This document shows positions 21,801-35,360 of a stretch of 64,000 nt of DNA, in pieces; within the stretch, counting starts at the first letter, position 1, and each line of letters begins with the position of its first letter. This DNA is from Balanoglossus misakiensis. Its lineage: Eukaryota > Animalia > Hemichordata. The DNA lies in the NCBI GenBank assembly GCA_040954595.2, contig CM082579.2, positions 10,715,625-10,779,624 of the forward strand, in the 5' to 3' direction. Made by a program: the position numbers and the translations under genes. The notes below the pieces were generated by a model that did no database searches, had not been told where the DNA came from, and saw only the letters and a list, made by a program, of their open reading frames with translations.

Positions 21801-24800
21801 AAAGCAAAGGCAGAAAACTTTGATCATTTCAGCTTGCATACATTGTTCCAACTGTACAAAAAAAACATTGTAAATAAATGACATCATTGCAGCTGGATCA
21901 ATACAGAAAACCAATCAGGGAAAGTCATGGTGCAACGAAATCTGGTAGTGTTGATCACTACCGTCATAAAATTATCCGATAAAATTATCTGATATCTATA
22001 AGAATAAAAATATGTAAACCTTAGAAATATTATAAGAGTACAAACATACCTGGTCTCATGGCAACCTGTGGTGTTGCACAGGGTGGTACAAATGGAACAT
22101 TCGTCAAAGCTGCTGTGAAGTAAAAGTAAAGACTTTGTTATCATCATTTTAGACTCAACGTTAGTTAATGTACACATTCACACATTTTGCGAGATTTGGG
22201 ATCAATCCGGAAGGTCAAGCTGCAGAGGGTTCCCATGCCCGAGTTGCAGAGAACCGATTGGGATTTTCTGGACTACATCAGAAACCACCAAATATGGTAC
22301 CACATGTTTGAAAATCACCCCTGCCTTTATAATCGAGCAGGGTACTAGAATTTGATAAATGCAGTTATTTTACAAAAGACTATATTTCAGTGATATATGG
22401 CATGCATTTCACACGATCTCGACTTGACGGGCACATAAGAAGTCAACACAAAACAGTGTAAAGACTAACCTTGTATTTTAGCATCATCAATTGGACCTTG
22501 GATGATTATGGTTGTATGTTCTTCAGTTGATATTCCACTATCAGCAGGGCTTGATGCAGGTGACCCTGAAATACACAAATGAATGACATGCATGATTGGT
22601 CACCACAACTCAGGTGAAAATTAGCATATTTGGCGGGAATGATTATTTCACCCAAATATGGTAATTTTCACCTGAGTGTCTTCTATCCGCAATCAAAATA
22701 CCTGAGGGCACCGTTTATAACCTAATCATTACATGATAACGTTTGATTATCCTGCTTAGCTATAAGATACATACTATAGAAGGCTTTTCCCCAAGAATGC
22801 ACAATTTTGAAGCCCTACAAATTCAGTAACTTGTGGTTGGCGACAATGTCTTCTATTGGCTAACCAACCTCCAAGGTGACCTATCCTTTTAAGTAGCCAA
22901 ACTTAACAGTCCATTAAATCATGTTCTATTTGGATATGCTGTCTTCTATATGTTCTAATTCATTTAAAAACATATTATTCACTGTCCAGGGCCTATTCAG
23001 AATATAAACCACAGCTTCTGCCAATCAGAAAGCTGGATTCAGAACAAGTGTATAATCAGTATGGTATAAGCTGTTTTGCAGATCACAAACCATACAAAAA
23101 CCAATATTCTAACCTTGTTGTAGTGGTGGAAATGATTTGCCCTCACCATTTGTAGTTGGTGAGATATCAAGCAAGGCCTGGGCTGCAAGAAATGTGTTTC
23201 CTTTGTCATTGTTGTTTTCTGTCCTATCTTCTTCAAACCTGAGATCTTTACGATCACACGCAGATGCTGGAAGAGAAATAAAACCAGATATGAAGTCAGA
23301 CATTTTGTTAAAAAGGTCAGCATACATGTATGGATAGTGTTTCAGTGCAGTTATTGTCAAATGCATAGGCCATAGTCACTAGGTCTAAGAAAAAGCATAG
23401 GACTTGCATGTAATTTGAATGCATATTTATTATTTTCTACCATTATTTGCTAAATATTTTCATTTATTCAGCCAGGGGAAAGTACGAGTGACATACTGGC
23501 CATGTCACCATGAATGGAAGACTAGCGGTAGAATGACCTATTATGTCACTTGTATTTTCCTCAGCTCAACGGACAAAAATATTGGCGGATAATACAATGT
23601 TTTTTTTTATACTTAGTTCTTATTACATGTACAAGGCAATATTTTTTTGTCATTTTACGCACAAAAAATCATAGTTTTTCTGATATTCATCCGCTGGCCG
23701 CTACTTTCATTAATCTGCTGTCACCATGGTGATGGCATTACACTTGTTGCTTATATGTGTTGATGCGCGTTGCAATCAGATGCCTGGTTAGTGGCTCAAA
23801 ATGTACTGTACAGTCACAAGATTTTTGTGTGTGCTGAAACTGTGAAAATCGACGTCCATTTTAACCAACATCAATGTAAATGCGGGTATTCCGAAAATAA
23901 AACCCAAAATTATGCTCATGACCCCCAAAAATGCTACATTTTCGTTGCAATCCAACCTATTATTGTTCTCTTTATGTCAAGATTCATATTTGTCAAGGAG
24001 AGGGCACAATTTTAATTTGCCCTCATATTTGAACATTTGACAATTGAGAAAGTACATCTATATAACAATACATCATTGGCCAGTCTAGAAGCAACATGCA
24101 ATATGCAAATGAATTTGTGTTGTTGATTATGTTCACACAATGACTTCAAGACTTCTGAGGATCTTATTTTGACACCAAAATGTACAAGTGTTTCACAGCC
24201 AAAGAGAAGCACATTGTAAGTACATGTTTTGTAAGGCATCTGTCATTAAGATAAAAAAAAATAATGTTTTTTAAATAAGCTGCGAAATTTAATTGGACCT
24301 GAACCATTGAACCATTTGCATGATGATCAAATTATTGGCAGTCACGTTATGGCTGCCGGTCAGGGTGCTAGAACTTGTTATTTTCTGTCATAATTGTGAA
24401 GACTAACAGTACAAAAAGTTGACCCGGTCACAGTATCTGGTGGTTACTTATGATATAGTTCAGTTCACCTTAGCTGCAATGATTGTAGCGGGTGCACCAC
24501 AAGTCAACTAAGCAGCACCCGCAACAATCATTGCAGCTAAGTTCAAAACGTGGTACCGGTAGTAAACAAACATCAAAAGTAGATGCAGTTTTACCTGGTG
24601 TTGGGGTTCAGTGGACGGCGATCGATCAAGCCGTCAATGATCCAACCGCCGTCGACGTCAAACTACGGCTACGTCAAAAATAGGCCCGTCCGTTTTGTTT
24701 ACGTCTAAACAAGCACGTCAGAATCATTTGAATGTTCAGAAACTTATGTTCTGCCAACTTCATGTTAAATCGTTGCAAAATTTAAACTTTTTAGCTTATA

Positions 24801-27800
24801 CCAAATGTCTTGACGTTTGATTAAAGTGTGTCCCGACAGTGACATTCCGGAAGGACCAATTTTCACATGAAAACATGAGCGAGGCCAACAGACATGCAAG
24901 GGACATTACTTCCTGGTTCACTTTAACGCGATTTTTCCGATTTGATCCTACCTCTGACACATACATTCTGATTTTCTTATTATTTTAAGAATAAAGATGT
25001 TCATCCCCATCGACGAAATTTTTTGTTAGTTTTACTACTGCGAAATCCAGGAAGCACGGCACATGGTTCTATAGTAACAGCGCGGTGCATGCGAAATCAC
25101 TTCCTGGTTTTAGAAAACGCGCATTTCATCAAGATCTGGCCGGCGGAACTGTTATGACTACAGCAAAAGCTGTGGCGATATCATAGAATGGCGCGAGTAT
25201 ACCGCGTTTTGGAAAAAGAATTAGACATACCGGCTTCAAGAAGCAAATCCAGACTCTTCTTGCCACTTTGCGGACTGGAATCGGAAGCCATCTTTACCAA
25301 TACAGTAGAAATAGCTTCGAAGTAGTAATATTACACCGCGAGGTTTGTGATAAAGCCGGAAATAATTTACATACGTTCACTCACCGCTGTAAAACTCCAC
25401 CCGATTGGACAATGCTTAATTTCGTCAGTCTTACCACTACACAAAATCTGACGCAAAATCGTGAAAAACTCAAAACGTTCATCCAGTTTTAACATGACGG
25501 TATAAATTTAGAAAACTGCCTCTTTTCCCCTTTCTTTCAGGCAAAAACGATGAAAATACGTGGTCAGCAACGAACACAGCAGACTGCCAATGAAATTGGC
25601 TCTGACTCCCATAACAAAAACTACTTTATATTACTTCCTGAATGTAGTCCGGGATTTGCCGAAATCGATCCTTGCATCAGAGATACATCATTACAAAATC
25701 CAAGACATTACAAGAAATCACATATTAATAGTGAAAATGTTGATTTCCTTGACTAAGTTTTCCTGGAAGTTTCGCATTATTTGAAAAGCCGAATGCCAGT
25801 AGGCCCCTCGGAGTAATACACTTGTTATGTAGTTTGTGCAAAGAGACCGTAGTGCGGTTCATCTCAGGTCGCGTTTCAGCTAGCCGCGACCAAGGTCGAA
25901 GGCACGGCGAGGCACACCTAACTACCTTCGTAGTTCTTACTACACCAACACTGGCTAATCAAAGCAATGTTTAATACGAGAACCCGTGGTCGTGAATTCT
26001 GAAACAGCATGTTTGTTTATCAGCATGTTTACACACGAGTATAGTTGAGTCTAGGCTCGGCTGTCAGGCAATCTATATATGTACATATAGTACATTCTGC
26101 CAGAATTTATGTTTTGTGCTCCATGTGTTTTTTGTTTACTCCACTGGCTTGCAAAAAAGTTTGCATTAATAATCATGCAACATGTTGCATGCATGAATTC
26201 ATGTACACATATACGAATATATTCTGTAGCTGCAGAGATTCCAAATTAGTTTTTCTTGGTGGAACTGCCGTCACTGACCATGCTATCAAAGTCAGTGGAT
26301 GATTGAGAGAGTACACTCAAGTAAAGTCGCTGGTGAAATCAGTAGCTACACTGTCCTGCTTGAATTCTTGTTGCTTACAAAAATAACGATTGACAGCAAA
26401 TGCAACAAGTTCCCCATATTAAAGTTTAGCAGATATTTAATGCATGAAAAAGAGTATGGAAAGTATTTCTGGACAGGTAGAGTTGCTGTATATGGTATAT
26501 GCATAATTTTCCGGAGATGGAAATAAATGGATGTACATATTGCTGATACATTATTTGTTTCTTGACATTGTAGCAATGATCAAAGCATCTTTGAACTTGT
26601 AAACTGAAGACTGTGTATCAGAATGATAGACGGAGAGGTGTGGTATAGCTGGTTGTCATCTCAGTATTGATAGAAATGAACATTTTGACGCACTACATTT
26701 TGACACCAGATAAGTTGACCTCCCAGTAACAGTACTGGGGTAATACATGTACATACATGTACGTATGTATATATGCGGGACAACAATGGGCCAAGCAAAG
26801 ACCCTTCTGGAACTCCTGTTTGAAGAATGTGAGGAGTGGAGAGATTATGATATCCTCAATTATATATAAAGGGAGAACAGCTACATATTTAGTGGTAGTT
26901 GTAACTCACAGTTTCACGCAAAGTGCGACCATCAGGCATATTTAACAACACTGATCAGCTGTGTAACCAAGTGAACACATGTAGGGCCTGCACATACCAG
27001 TATGAAAAATCGCATACATGTATTGGGCAGACTTTGAAACTTACTCTTGAAGTGAATAGACAGTTTTGGTGTTTGGGTATAAATAAATATCAGTGATATG
27101 AAGACCGAATAAAGTGAAATTGAGCCAAATTTTATTCTTATCACTATCACAAACAACTTCTGGGACTGTCACCCTCGGCATGTAGAAAGGCCATGCCTAG
27201 TATGGCACGGCTCAAATACATGCACAACAAGAATGCAAAATGATAAATTAGATCAGAAAACAACCATGAAAATACTTAAAACTTCCCGCAAATTAAGAAT
27301 AATACTTTTAGTTTGATAAACTAACTCTGATTACTGAAAAATTATCAACTTGTGTTTAAAGTCTTACCATCTTTTTTGAGATCTGACGACTTTTTGTCAC
27401 CTTCATCAGCCGTCACTTCTACTTCCTGTGCCACTTCACAATAATCTGGAATGGATTCATCATGATGGTTTAGATCTGCAAATGGCACAGATGGACTCAC
27501 TTCAACAATAACTGCCGGACCATCCTAAGACAAAGGAAAATAAAATAAACAAATTTAAATATTTAGGGAAAATGCAATATGAGCTGTCAATTTTCCCATT
27601 TTTTCCTGATAAAATACTTCAAATCTTCTCCCTATACTTTAAAATCCTCACCACAATAGTTGTGTACTTTTTGTATGGAGGCTGATTAAACGGGTGCAAA
27701 ACCCATTTAAGATATAACTTGATCAAATTGCAACATACAGCCACAATCGGGCATCGATAAAATGTTAGCATTCTTTTTACAGATTTTTTTAATCTTTTAT

Positions 27801-29190
27801 TCTCTTTTTACAGATATTTACTAAACAAGCTCCGCTAGCTGATATTGTTGGTGAATTGGTATCCCATATTGCTACATGCAGCATAACTGTCACATCTCGC
27901 TTGTTAATTTATATAAATACATTCATTCTGGACAATTATTATACATGTACATTGTAATAAATCTCCCAATATATTCTGTATGGGTGTGACATCATCACAG
28001 CTGCAGGCTAGTCTTCGATGGTTCGTAATATTAGCTGGAATATTAGGAGATTATGTATTTATCACATAAACAGATCTAATGGTTTTGAAATTTTTGATTG
28101 AACTGTCATTGTTATGATAAATTTTGGAATATGTTGTGTCAAATTGCAGAGCCTGAGGGCAGTGTTATGCTGTCAGGTGATTCAGGTCACATGACAATTG
28201 TGGCAAGTGATTACCCAGAACCCCTTGGGCGTCAACTGGATTTCATCGTCCATCAGAGTTCACTAACACAGGATCAGTTTCATTTACCATTTGCTTTCAG
28301 ATCAGACTGTTTTTCCTCAAATTGCATAATGAGATTTTGCGAATACTGTACACATCCTGGCATATGGAAAACTATAATGTTCTGATAGATACTTGTCGAT
28401 TCCTCACTGATATTTGAACCCCCGTAAAATCACAGTCACTCCAAAATGTACCAAATCTTATTAGTTTTCACTGATTTGAAACGGTTAAAAAAAATTATGG
28501 AAAAATTGGGATCTGTATTGATTAATAAATTTTATAATGGTTTGCACTAAGCAGAATAAACTTAGGACCCGCACACTAAGTGAAAAATTTTGAACATTAA
28601 TTTACCGGTTAGCGCGATTTCATTTGAGGAATGCAAATCTCCAACAAAACAACACATTTGAGGAAATGAATCAACGAACGAACGCAAAAACTTTGACCCT
28701 TATTAGATATACGACATTTAATTGGTCAATACCTAGTATTCCACCCTGAGACATTACTCGGACTGTTCAGTGATAGAAAGGAATGTTCAGTATATTCTGA
28801 ATTTTGAGGAAAAGATGCCTCAAGTCTTGTTAAAGTACCCTTCAAACACTTCTATTCTCCGGCATGATGATATGTGTAATGTCAAGCACCATTCCCAAAG
28901 TGTGTTGTTATACATGTAAAATAAAGTCACCACCACTGTCATCACAATCACTGTTACAGTCAAACCTGTGTTAATGACCACCTCTATTCAACGGCCACCT
29001 CTATATAGTGGCCACTGTTACAGTCCCTGTACAACTAACATGTGCACCTGTCTATAAAGGCCACCTGTCTGTAAACGCCAGTTTAGGAAAGTCCCTTGAC
29101 TGGCCACTATAGACAGGTTTGACTGTATCATACTAGAAGTTGACCATCTGAAATAACCAGTATACATACCATTATCTCTGGGTCTGTCAT
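18872..29190 (-). CDS. ELF: ETS transcription factor of the Elf/E74 class (ELF1/2/4-like), 9 coding exons, ~342 aa
   Basis: Exons 29190-29170, 27524-27368, 23266-23114, 22565-22470, 22112-22050, 21796-21629, 21274-21200, 19696-19504, 18974-18872 total 1029 nt. ETS domain [29 protein letters not shown]...[29 protein letters not shown]; Elf N-terminal motifs [28 protein letters not shown]; short E74-like tail IVDIDCS. Confidence 0.95.
20233..21135. mobile_element. Non-autonomous element with a terminal hairpin plus an inverted-repeat-bounded body (Crypton-like architecture)
   Basis: Hairpin 20233-20395; body bounded by TTTATCACATGAAC (20395) and GTTCATGTGATAAA (21135); second hairpin 20523-20614; CpG-rich. 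The superfamily call is inference. Confidence 0.65.
24840..25780. promoter_or_regulatory. CpG-rich intronic promoter/enhancer of Elf with clustered ETS sites
   Basis: GGAA cores at ~24845, 24908, 25047, 25099, 25356, 25633 and 25765; AACCAGGAAGT occurs twice on the minus strand. Confidence 0.6.
25435..25495 (-). CDS. Candidate alternative first coding exon of Elf (short isoform)
   Basis: CCGTCATG start, [20 protein letters not shown], donor G|GTAAGA in phase 1 matching the 23266 acceptor. Confidence 0.45.
28957..29125. mobile_element. Tc1/mariner (pogo/Tigger-like) MITE
   Basis: TA|CAGTCAAACCTGT ... ACAGGTTTGACTG|TA with internal GGCCAC(C)T subrepeats. Confidence 0.85.
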
Positions 29191-32078
29191 GTTGCTGCTG
29201 AATTCCTTTTGGTCATGAATATGTAATATCTGGCTCTCTGCACTTTACATGCCACTTCTTGAGGATTGGGTTGAACACCACTTCACAATACAGCACGTCA
29301 GGTTACTGTGGTAGTGTGTTTGGGTCCTAGTATATGAATCATAACAATTGATATGAAATAAACATTAGTCATTGCCAACAGTCATTGTCAAACCCTGGCC
29401 ACCCCCATTTGATGAAGAAAACACTGGAGGATATCATGTCGGAAAGAAATCAGTCAAGGAATTCAAAGCAAAAGATACCTTGATTTTTTGTGATAAAAAA
29501 CAATTTATGAAAATATTTTCACGCCTTGCATTGAAAATATACTTTCACTTATTGCAGCACCCCTTGTGACAGTTTGTAATCTAGATAAAGAGACCTGCAT
29601 GACATAGCAGACACACTATGCACATACTCGCTCAACATGGCCAGCCAGCTGCCCGGGTTTAAGGGTGTGATACCAACCCGGTTCACATGTATAAAAAAAT
29701 TTGAGACATTATTTGCCTATGGTAAACACAGAGCATTAATCGTTTGAGTCGCTTGTGTCCACACACACAAAGTTTATGTATAAGGCGCTGAGGCTCAAGC
29801 CTTGTTCTGTATGTTTCGACACCAGTGCAGGGCTAGTGTTTATTCTCCGCGAAATACAGGGGATTAGCCCACAGAAGCTCTGTGCGTCCACACGCTAAAC
29901 TTTTCGATGTTGTTTTGAAATCAACACCATCTAAATGGCCATGTTTAGCAACACAGCAACTAACCAAATTGAGGACGTCGAGGACATTACTGTATACAGC
30001 AACATGTTTCAGTTTCTATACCTGCATATGCATTCTAGACGACTTGCACAGATGGCACCCCATAGTATAAAATGACTACTACGGACTAGGACCCAGTCAG
30101 ATTTGGACAATTTGCTGTTTTGTTTGTTGTTTTTGCCTGTAGATGTTGCTGCAAGGTCTTCAAAGCCCCAATAGCTGCATCTTTTACCTTACTTTAATCG
30201 ATAAAATAATTCAATCTTCTCCTCATCCTAACACTCGACAAATGAAACTATTATAACTTTGTGTGGATTTGAATACCCTTGTGCACATATCTTGGTAGTT
30301 GTGTACTCTTGCAATGGGCAGTTGAATAAATGGGTGTGGCACCCATTTATTATTTAACTTGTTCATATTTCACTGTAGAGGCAATATAATATTTGTTTTC
30401 ATATACCCAAACCCCCCCCCCCCCCCCTCATTTGAATGGACCATTCTGAGTTTGAAAGTATCATGAAATCAAAAATTTGCAGCTATTGGGTCTTTAATGT
30501 TTGCAACTAACTTAGGTAAATTTAAGAACAAATTCGCAAAACCTAGTCTAGTGAGAAGACAATCCGTTACTGTTTTAACTGTCGTCAAATTTTAACCTAA
30601 ATTCTGAGTAACTTGTTGTTATGATGACCCTCAGATGACCTCATGCATTGAAAAGAAAAACACTTCTGAGAACTGTCTGCACACCTGCAATTATTCAAAT
30701 GTAAATTGTCTTGTTGGCATGTCAACACTTACATAGCTATTGTAAATTTTGGATTCCATCATGATACAAAATGGTCCTTGAGACCTTTTGTTTGTTATCT
30801 GCAATTTCCAAAGTTCCTGTGCAATTGACCTATTTACATAACTTAACGTCAGTCAACAAACTCGGAATTCTATTGTGCTGGACACTACTTGTCCCATTAT
30901 AATTTTAGTTTTTTACATTGGCAACCATTTTTCAGAAACTTAAATGAAGGTGCATCTCGACTATATCAGCTTTATCTAAAAGCAAGTGGATTGAATTGAT
31001 AAATAGTTTATTTTCCATAGAAAACAATGGCTTCACATAACATGTCAACAAAACCTAAAAGGGGAACAAGGGATTGAAAATTACCCCATTTAAAGCGCCA
31101 CTATATGCAACTTTTAAACATTTTCCTTTTCACTGTTTTTGTTGTGTGTATCGACCATGGTTTCTTGTTTGGCTTCCTACAAAAGGATAATGGCTAGTAA
31201 AGTAGTAATCTTTTCTGTTGAAAAATTGTACTGAAGCTCAGACTGGAATACATTTATCAACTATATTATTGATCTGTATATATGGCATATTTCAAGGAGG
31301 GGAACAAGTCACACACACACACACACACACACAAACATGTACATGTACATACAAATACAAACCAGCCAGAAGTTACAAACAGTGGCCCTTTGAGAAAAAG
31401 TTGATTAACAAATATTAGTGTTACTACAGTTACCGCAACAAACTTTGTCAACTTGGGTAAAATATTTATCAGCAAATTTCACAATACACTTGAGTTGTAT
31501 ATTATTTTTCATACATGTATAAGTGGCGTACTGATACATGTCATTTTTGTTTGATCAACAGTCTGCCATACACAAGAATGACCTGTACCCAACACTAGCT
31601 GTTGCAAGACAGCTTTATATGATATGAGCTGTAGTTTACAAGTTTGACGAGTTTGTGTCAGATCGAGTCATTTAAAACCAACCATTTTGAAACTTATACA
31701 AAGATAGACCCTATTCACTCTAAACTTTTCTACTAGTAATGGCGTTAATTCGGACCTAGACCAAAGGCCGTTCTACTGAATTCTGGTTCTCTCTGAAATG
31801 CCACCATTATTAAAAACCGACACACAGTGACACACCTTAATTAATCGTGCCCTTATATCTCCTGACCAGGCGAATATGACTGACTCGCCTTTCCTCCCCT
31901 CCAACTCACATATACATGTATACTCTTTTATGAACATTCGCCTTCGTGTCACGTTAGTTGACGCCCCGTCCTTGTTGGTCAGTGGGTCCAAGGCGTTTTC
32001 GATTCAGCTACAAACTACCACAAGGACGGCCGACTTCTAGTGAGTTTCTATACGGTGGTTGTACAAAGCGAAACTTAC

Positions 32079-32400
32079 CAAGCTCAGCTGATATACGCCA
32101 CACCGGTGACTACAACGCTAATATGACATGAATAAGCGCAGGCTGATGCGTCAGTCACTATCTTTACACTCCGGAGTTTATGTTGGCAGCGCGTACACTT
32201 GTCTACAACAGGCAGGCTAGGACTTCCCTTCTGTTGACCAATCAAAAGTGGCAAATCAGCGTCGCTCTAATTTCCCAGCTGTGTATATAGCGCTATCACA
32301 TGTGAAATGCGCCAGTGTGTACCATTATCTGTAAGCAGTTCATTGGTTGCTTGCTTGGCAATGGGCGTCATGTCATACATTGTACTTTACGCTGGCACAA
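32079..32400 (-). promoter_or_regulatory. Probable non-coding first exon and distal promoter of Elf
   Basis: Donor TTG|GTAAGT at 32079, CpG-rich, CCAAT boxes (~32238, ~32342), TATA-like TATATA at ~32284-32289, and an available acceptor at 29326. Confidence 0.55.
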
Positions 32401-32585
32401 ACACGGCGAGAAAATCGACGAAATGTGCCACAAAGAGGAATATAACTATATTATATTGATATTGCGGCCCTTTCATGAATATAAGCGCTGGCATTTACAC
32501 TAAAAAGAGGAAAGGTTACATTGCCTATGACCAGCACCGTGCATTGTACGGATTATAATAGTAATTGTTCCGTCGTCAATCAGCT

Positions 32586-32657
32586 GGTCCCATGGTGTAA
32601 TGGTTAGCACTCTGGACTCTGAATCCAGCGATCCGAGTTCAAATCTCGGTGGGACCT
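32586..32657 (+). tRNA. tRNA-Gln (anticodon CTG)
   Basis: GGTCCCA..TGGGACC acceptor stem, A box TGGTGTAATGG, anticodon arm CTGGA-CTCTGAA-TCCAG, B box GAGTTCAAATC, and a T5 Pol III terminator at 32664-32668. Confidence 0.98.
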
Positions 32658-33567
32658 CTAATGTTTTTGCAAAGTTAATTTTACAATACTTTTAATTTCT
32701 GTATGTGAGCGCATATATTTACATGTGTCAATAATGTATTGACATGTTTTGTTTGTTTATATTTATTAGTTGCCTATAATGAAAGAGCAAAAATCAGTTG
32801 CTACCTACACAATGGCCCACCACTAGAGTATAAAAGCTTTTGTGCCACGGAAAACTGACACAAACCCAATACTCTGGTGCACCAAAGCCTTATTTTGGTT
32901 GATACAAATATTAACAGATAAAAGTCTGGCTTTTGGCAGAGAGCAGTTTGTCAACAACTTTAATTTTAGTGACAGTATATTCACCCAGACTGCTGGCAAA
33001 ACGGTTTTCATGAATATTTCCGGAAGTTCACTTCCACACCACCAAGACACCACACCACGACCATACATCGCCCTCAATGTCACGTGAAAGTGAGTGTTTT
33101 GTTCTCGTTTTAACACAGATCTCCGGGTCAACTATTCATTGCCATAGGACAGCATAATCTTTTTGATGCATACACTTTACAAAGAATTTATTTTTTCTGC
33201 GAAATAAAATTTTTGGCAACCCAAATTAAAGTTGTACCCCCTGGTATTTTCAAAATTTGACAGTTCTTTTACCCAAAATTATAGTCCACCAGAATTAGAG
33301 TTGTATCTGCAAAAAAGTGTTTTCCATGGCAAATCTGGGAAATCTCATGCTCCACCTCGGGTGCAAATTGTTGCCGGCAATGTTAGGAGTATATCTTGTT
33401 GTGTGTCTTGTCTAAAGAAGTGAAGACAAAAGACGAAAATGGTGAATTTCTGCAGACTATAGATGTGTGCAATGTTGATACCAACATCAGCAGAGAATAC
33501 CCATCACTGTCACCACAACTGTTGACAGAGTCTCAAGTTCCAAAATCGAGATGTTTCAGTCATGTTG

Positions 33568-33661
33568 TTGCCTAGTACCTAGCCGTATTTTGTCCGCTTC
33601 GCTTCCAAAACTAACTTGTTTTGGAAGCAAAGCGGACAAAATACGAATAGGTACTAGGCTA
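33568..33661. mobile_element. 94-bp palindromic MITE with a 9-bp target duplication
   Basis: ~44-bp arms (GCCTAGTACCTA..CGTATTTTGTCCGCTT.GCTTCCAAAAC and its reverse complement) flanked by GTCATGTTG at 33559-33567 and 33662-33670. Confidence 0.85.
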
Positions 33662-35360
33662 GTCATGTTGACACTTTTCCAATGATTTGATTGACTGGGG
33701 ACCATTGGGAGAATGTGTGCGTTTTTTCCTTCCCACCACAAGTACAGTGTACAATCGCAGGGGACGCAGACTGATAAACAAATAAACAAAGGCGAATGAA
33801 GAAATAAAAAGTCAAAGGTATGAAAATAAATATTATGCAATCAGTCTGGCAGCAAAGGAGGTGGGTGTCTCCTTCCAGATGTGGCACCTTGGCATTTAAA
33901 TCACATCATTTGGTGATCATTAGAGCACTTGTCACACTTGAAATTGTTTGATTAATCCACCGTGGTCGATTATTATTTTCTTACTAACTCCTCTTGCTAT
34001 GCATATTGATGGCCAGATCATATTGAATTCACCTTTTATCTTCATAACAAACAACAAGCAAACAGACACACACACATACACCAACAAAAGTGAATAAACT
34101 CACCAGGGTAGCCATAAGACTTTACTATTTAATTATTTCAGTAATAGAGCTTATAAAAAATAAATTTACTAAAGAGGTAAATACAACAATAAAATTTGCT
34201 TGGAGTAAACAAGAAAAATGTATTTACAAAACAAGATCACATTGAGACAGGAACATACATTTTTGCTAAACACAGAGAATATGTACTGACAACTAAAATC
34301 ATATGTAAATCAGATGTAAAATCTGTCAGAGGACCCACAGCGCATGAAAAAACTGGTGCCAACAACTAAACTATCTGCGATTAGAAGGTGATGACCTTCT
34401 ATGTAGTTGTCAGTTCTGATTTCATTGGAGTAACAGATAAAGGCTTGTAGTGGATAAGAATTTAGTTGTCAGCATTATAGATTATATCGTCAAAATGCCA
34501 CTTTTTGTTGAAATTGACACCATGCTCATTCAGCTTTCTATTGGCATTATCAGTTGATTGGAAGTAGCTTTTGGGGTCCCCAGCAGAATGAAAAATAATC
34601 ATAAACTTTTTCTGTTAAAAGTATTACATATCAAGTAATCTATCTCATTTATAAACTTTTACTTGTCCAAGCCCCTTGAGAGTCTTTGGAAGCTATTTGA
34701 TATCTCTTGTAAAACAAAAATGTAACAATTTTTTTTTTAGAATCACCTACAAATCACAGTTTCTCAAGCAGCTACCACATAGTACATTGTGGGATTGACA
34801 CATTTGTGCAAATTGGTATGCCATTTAGTGGCTTTCTACTTCCCCTAATAATAGTGTGAAGATGCTAGAATCTCCTGGATTTTGGCACGTCCTGTATAAT
34901 AGACTGGATTCTGTCCACATCAGTACAAATGACCGAGTTGTATCAAATTACATAGTGTAAAAAGTTCAAATACCATAAAATATGACTTTGGCTTCCATTT
35001 TATTATATTAAAATATCAGGTCTTCAGGAAAAGTGAGAAACTTGATAAAATGGATAAAAATTGATTACCGGTAACTTCCTATTCAAAAGATGAAAGATGA
35101 ATGTAAAATGAAGATGGCGATATTCTTAATAGAAGATATACATTGCTATGAAAATTTTAATGTGAAATCTGTACATCTGAAAAATATACATAGATAATAT
35201 TAAAGTATTTATAAACAGATAAATGAAATTCTGAGGGAAAAATGATATGCAATTCTCCTGTAAAACATCAGTTTAGCTATATACACAATCTATTTTACAA
35301 TACTCTTACAAGGTAGTACAGTTATTCTATATACAAATCATGTTTGCATTGTACTCTGAC

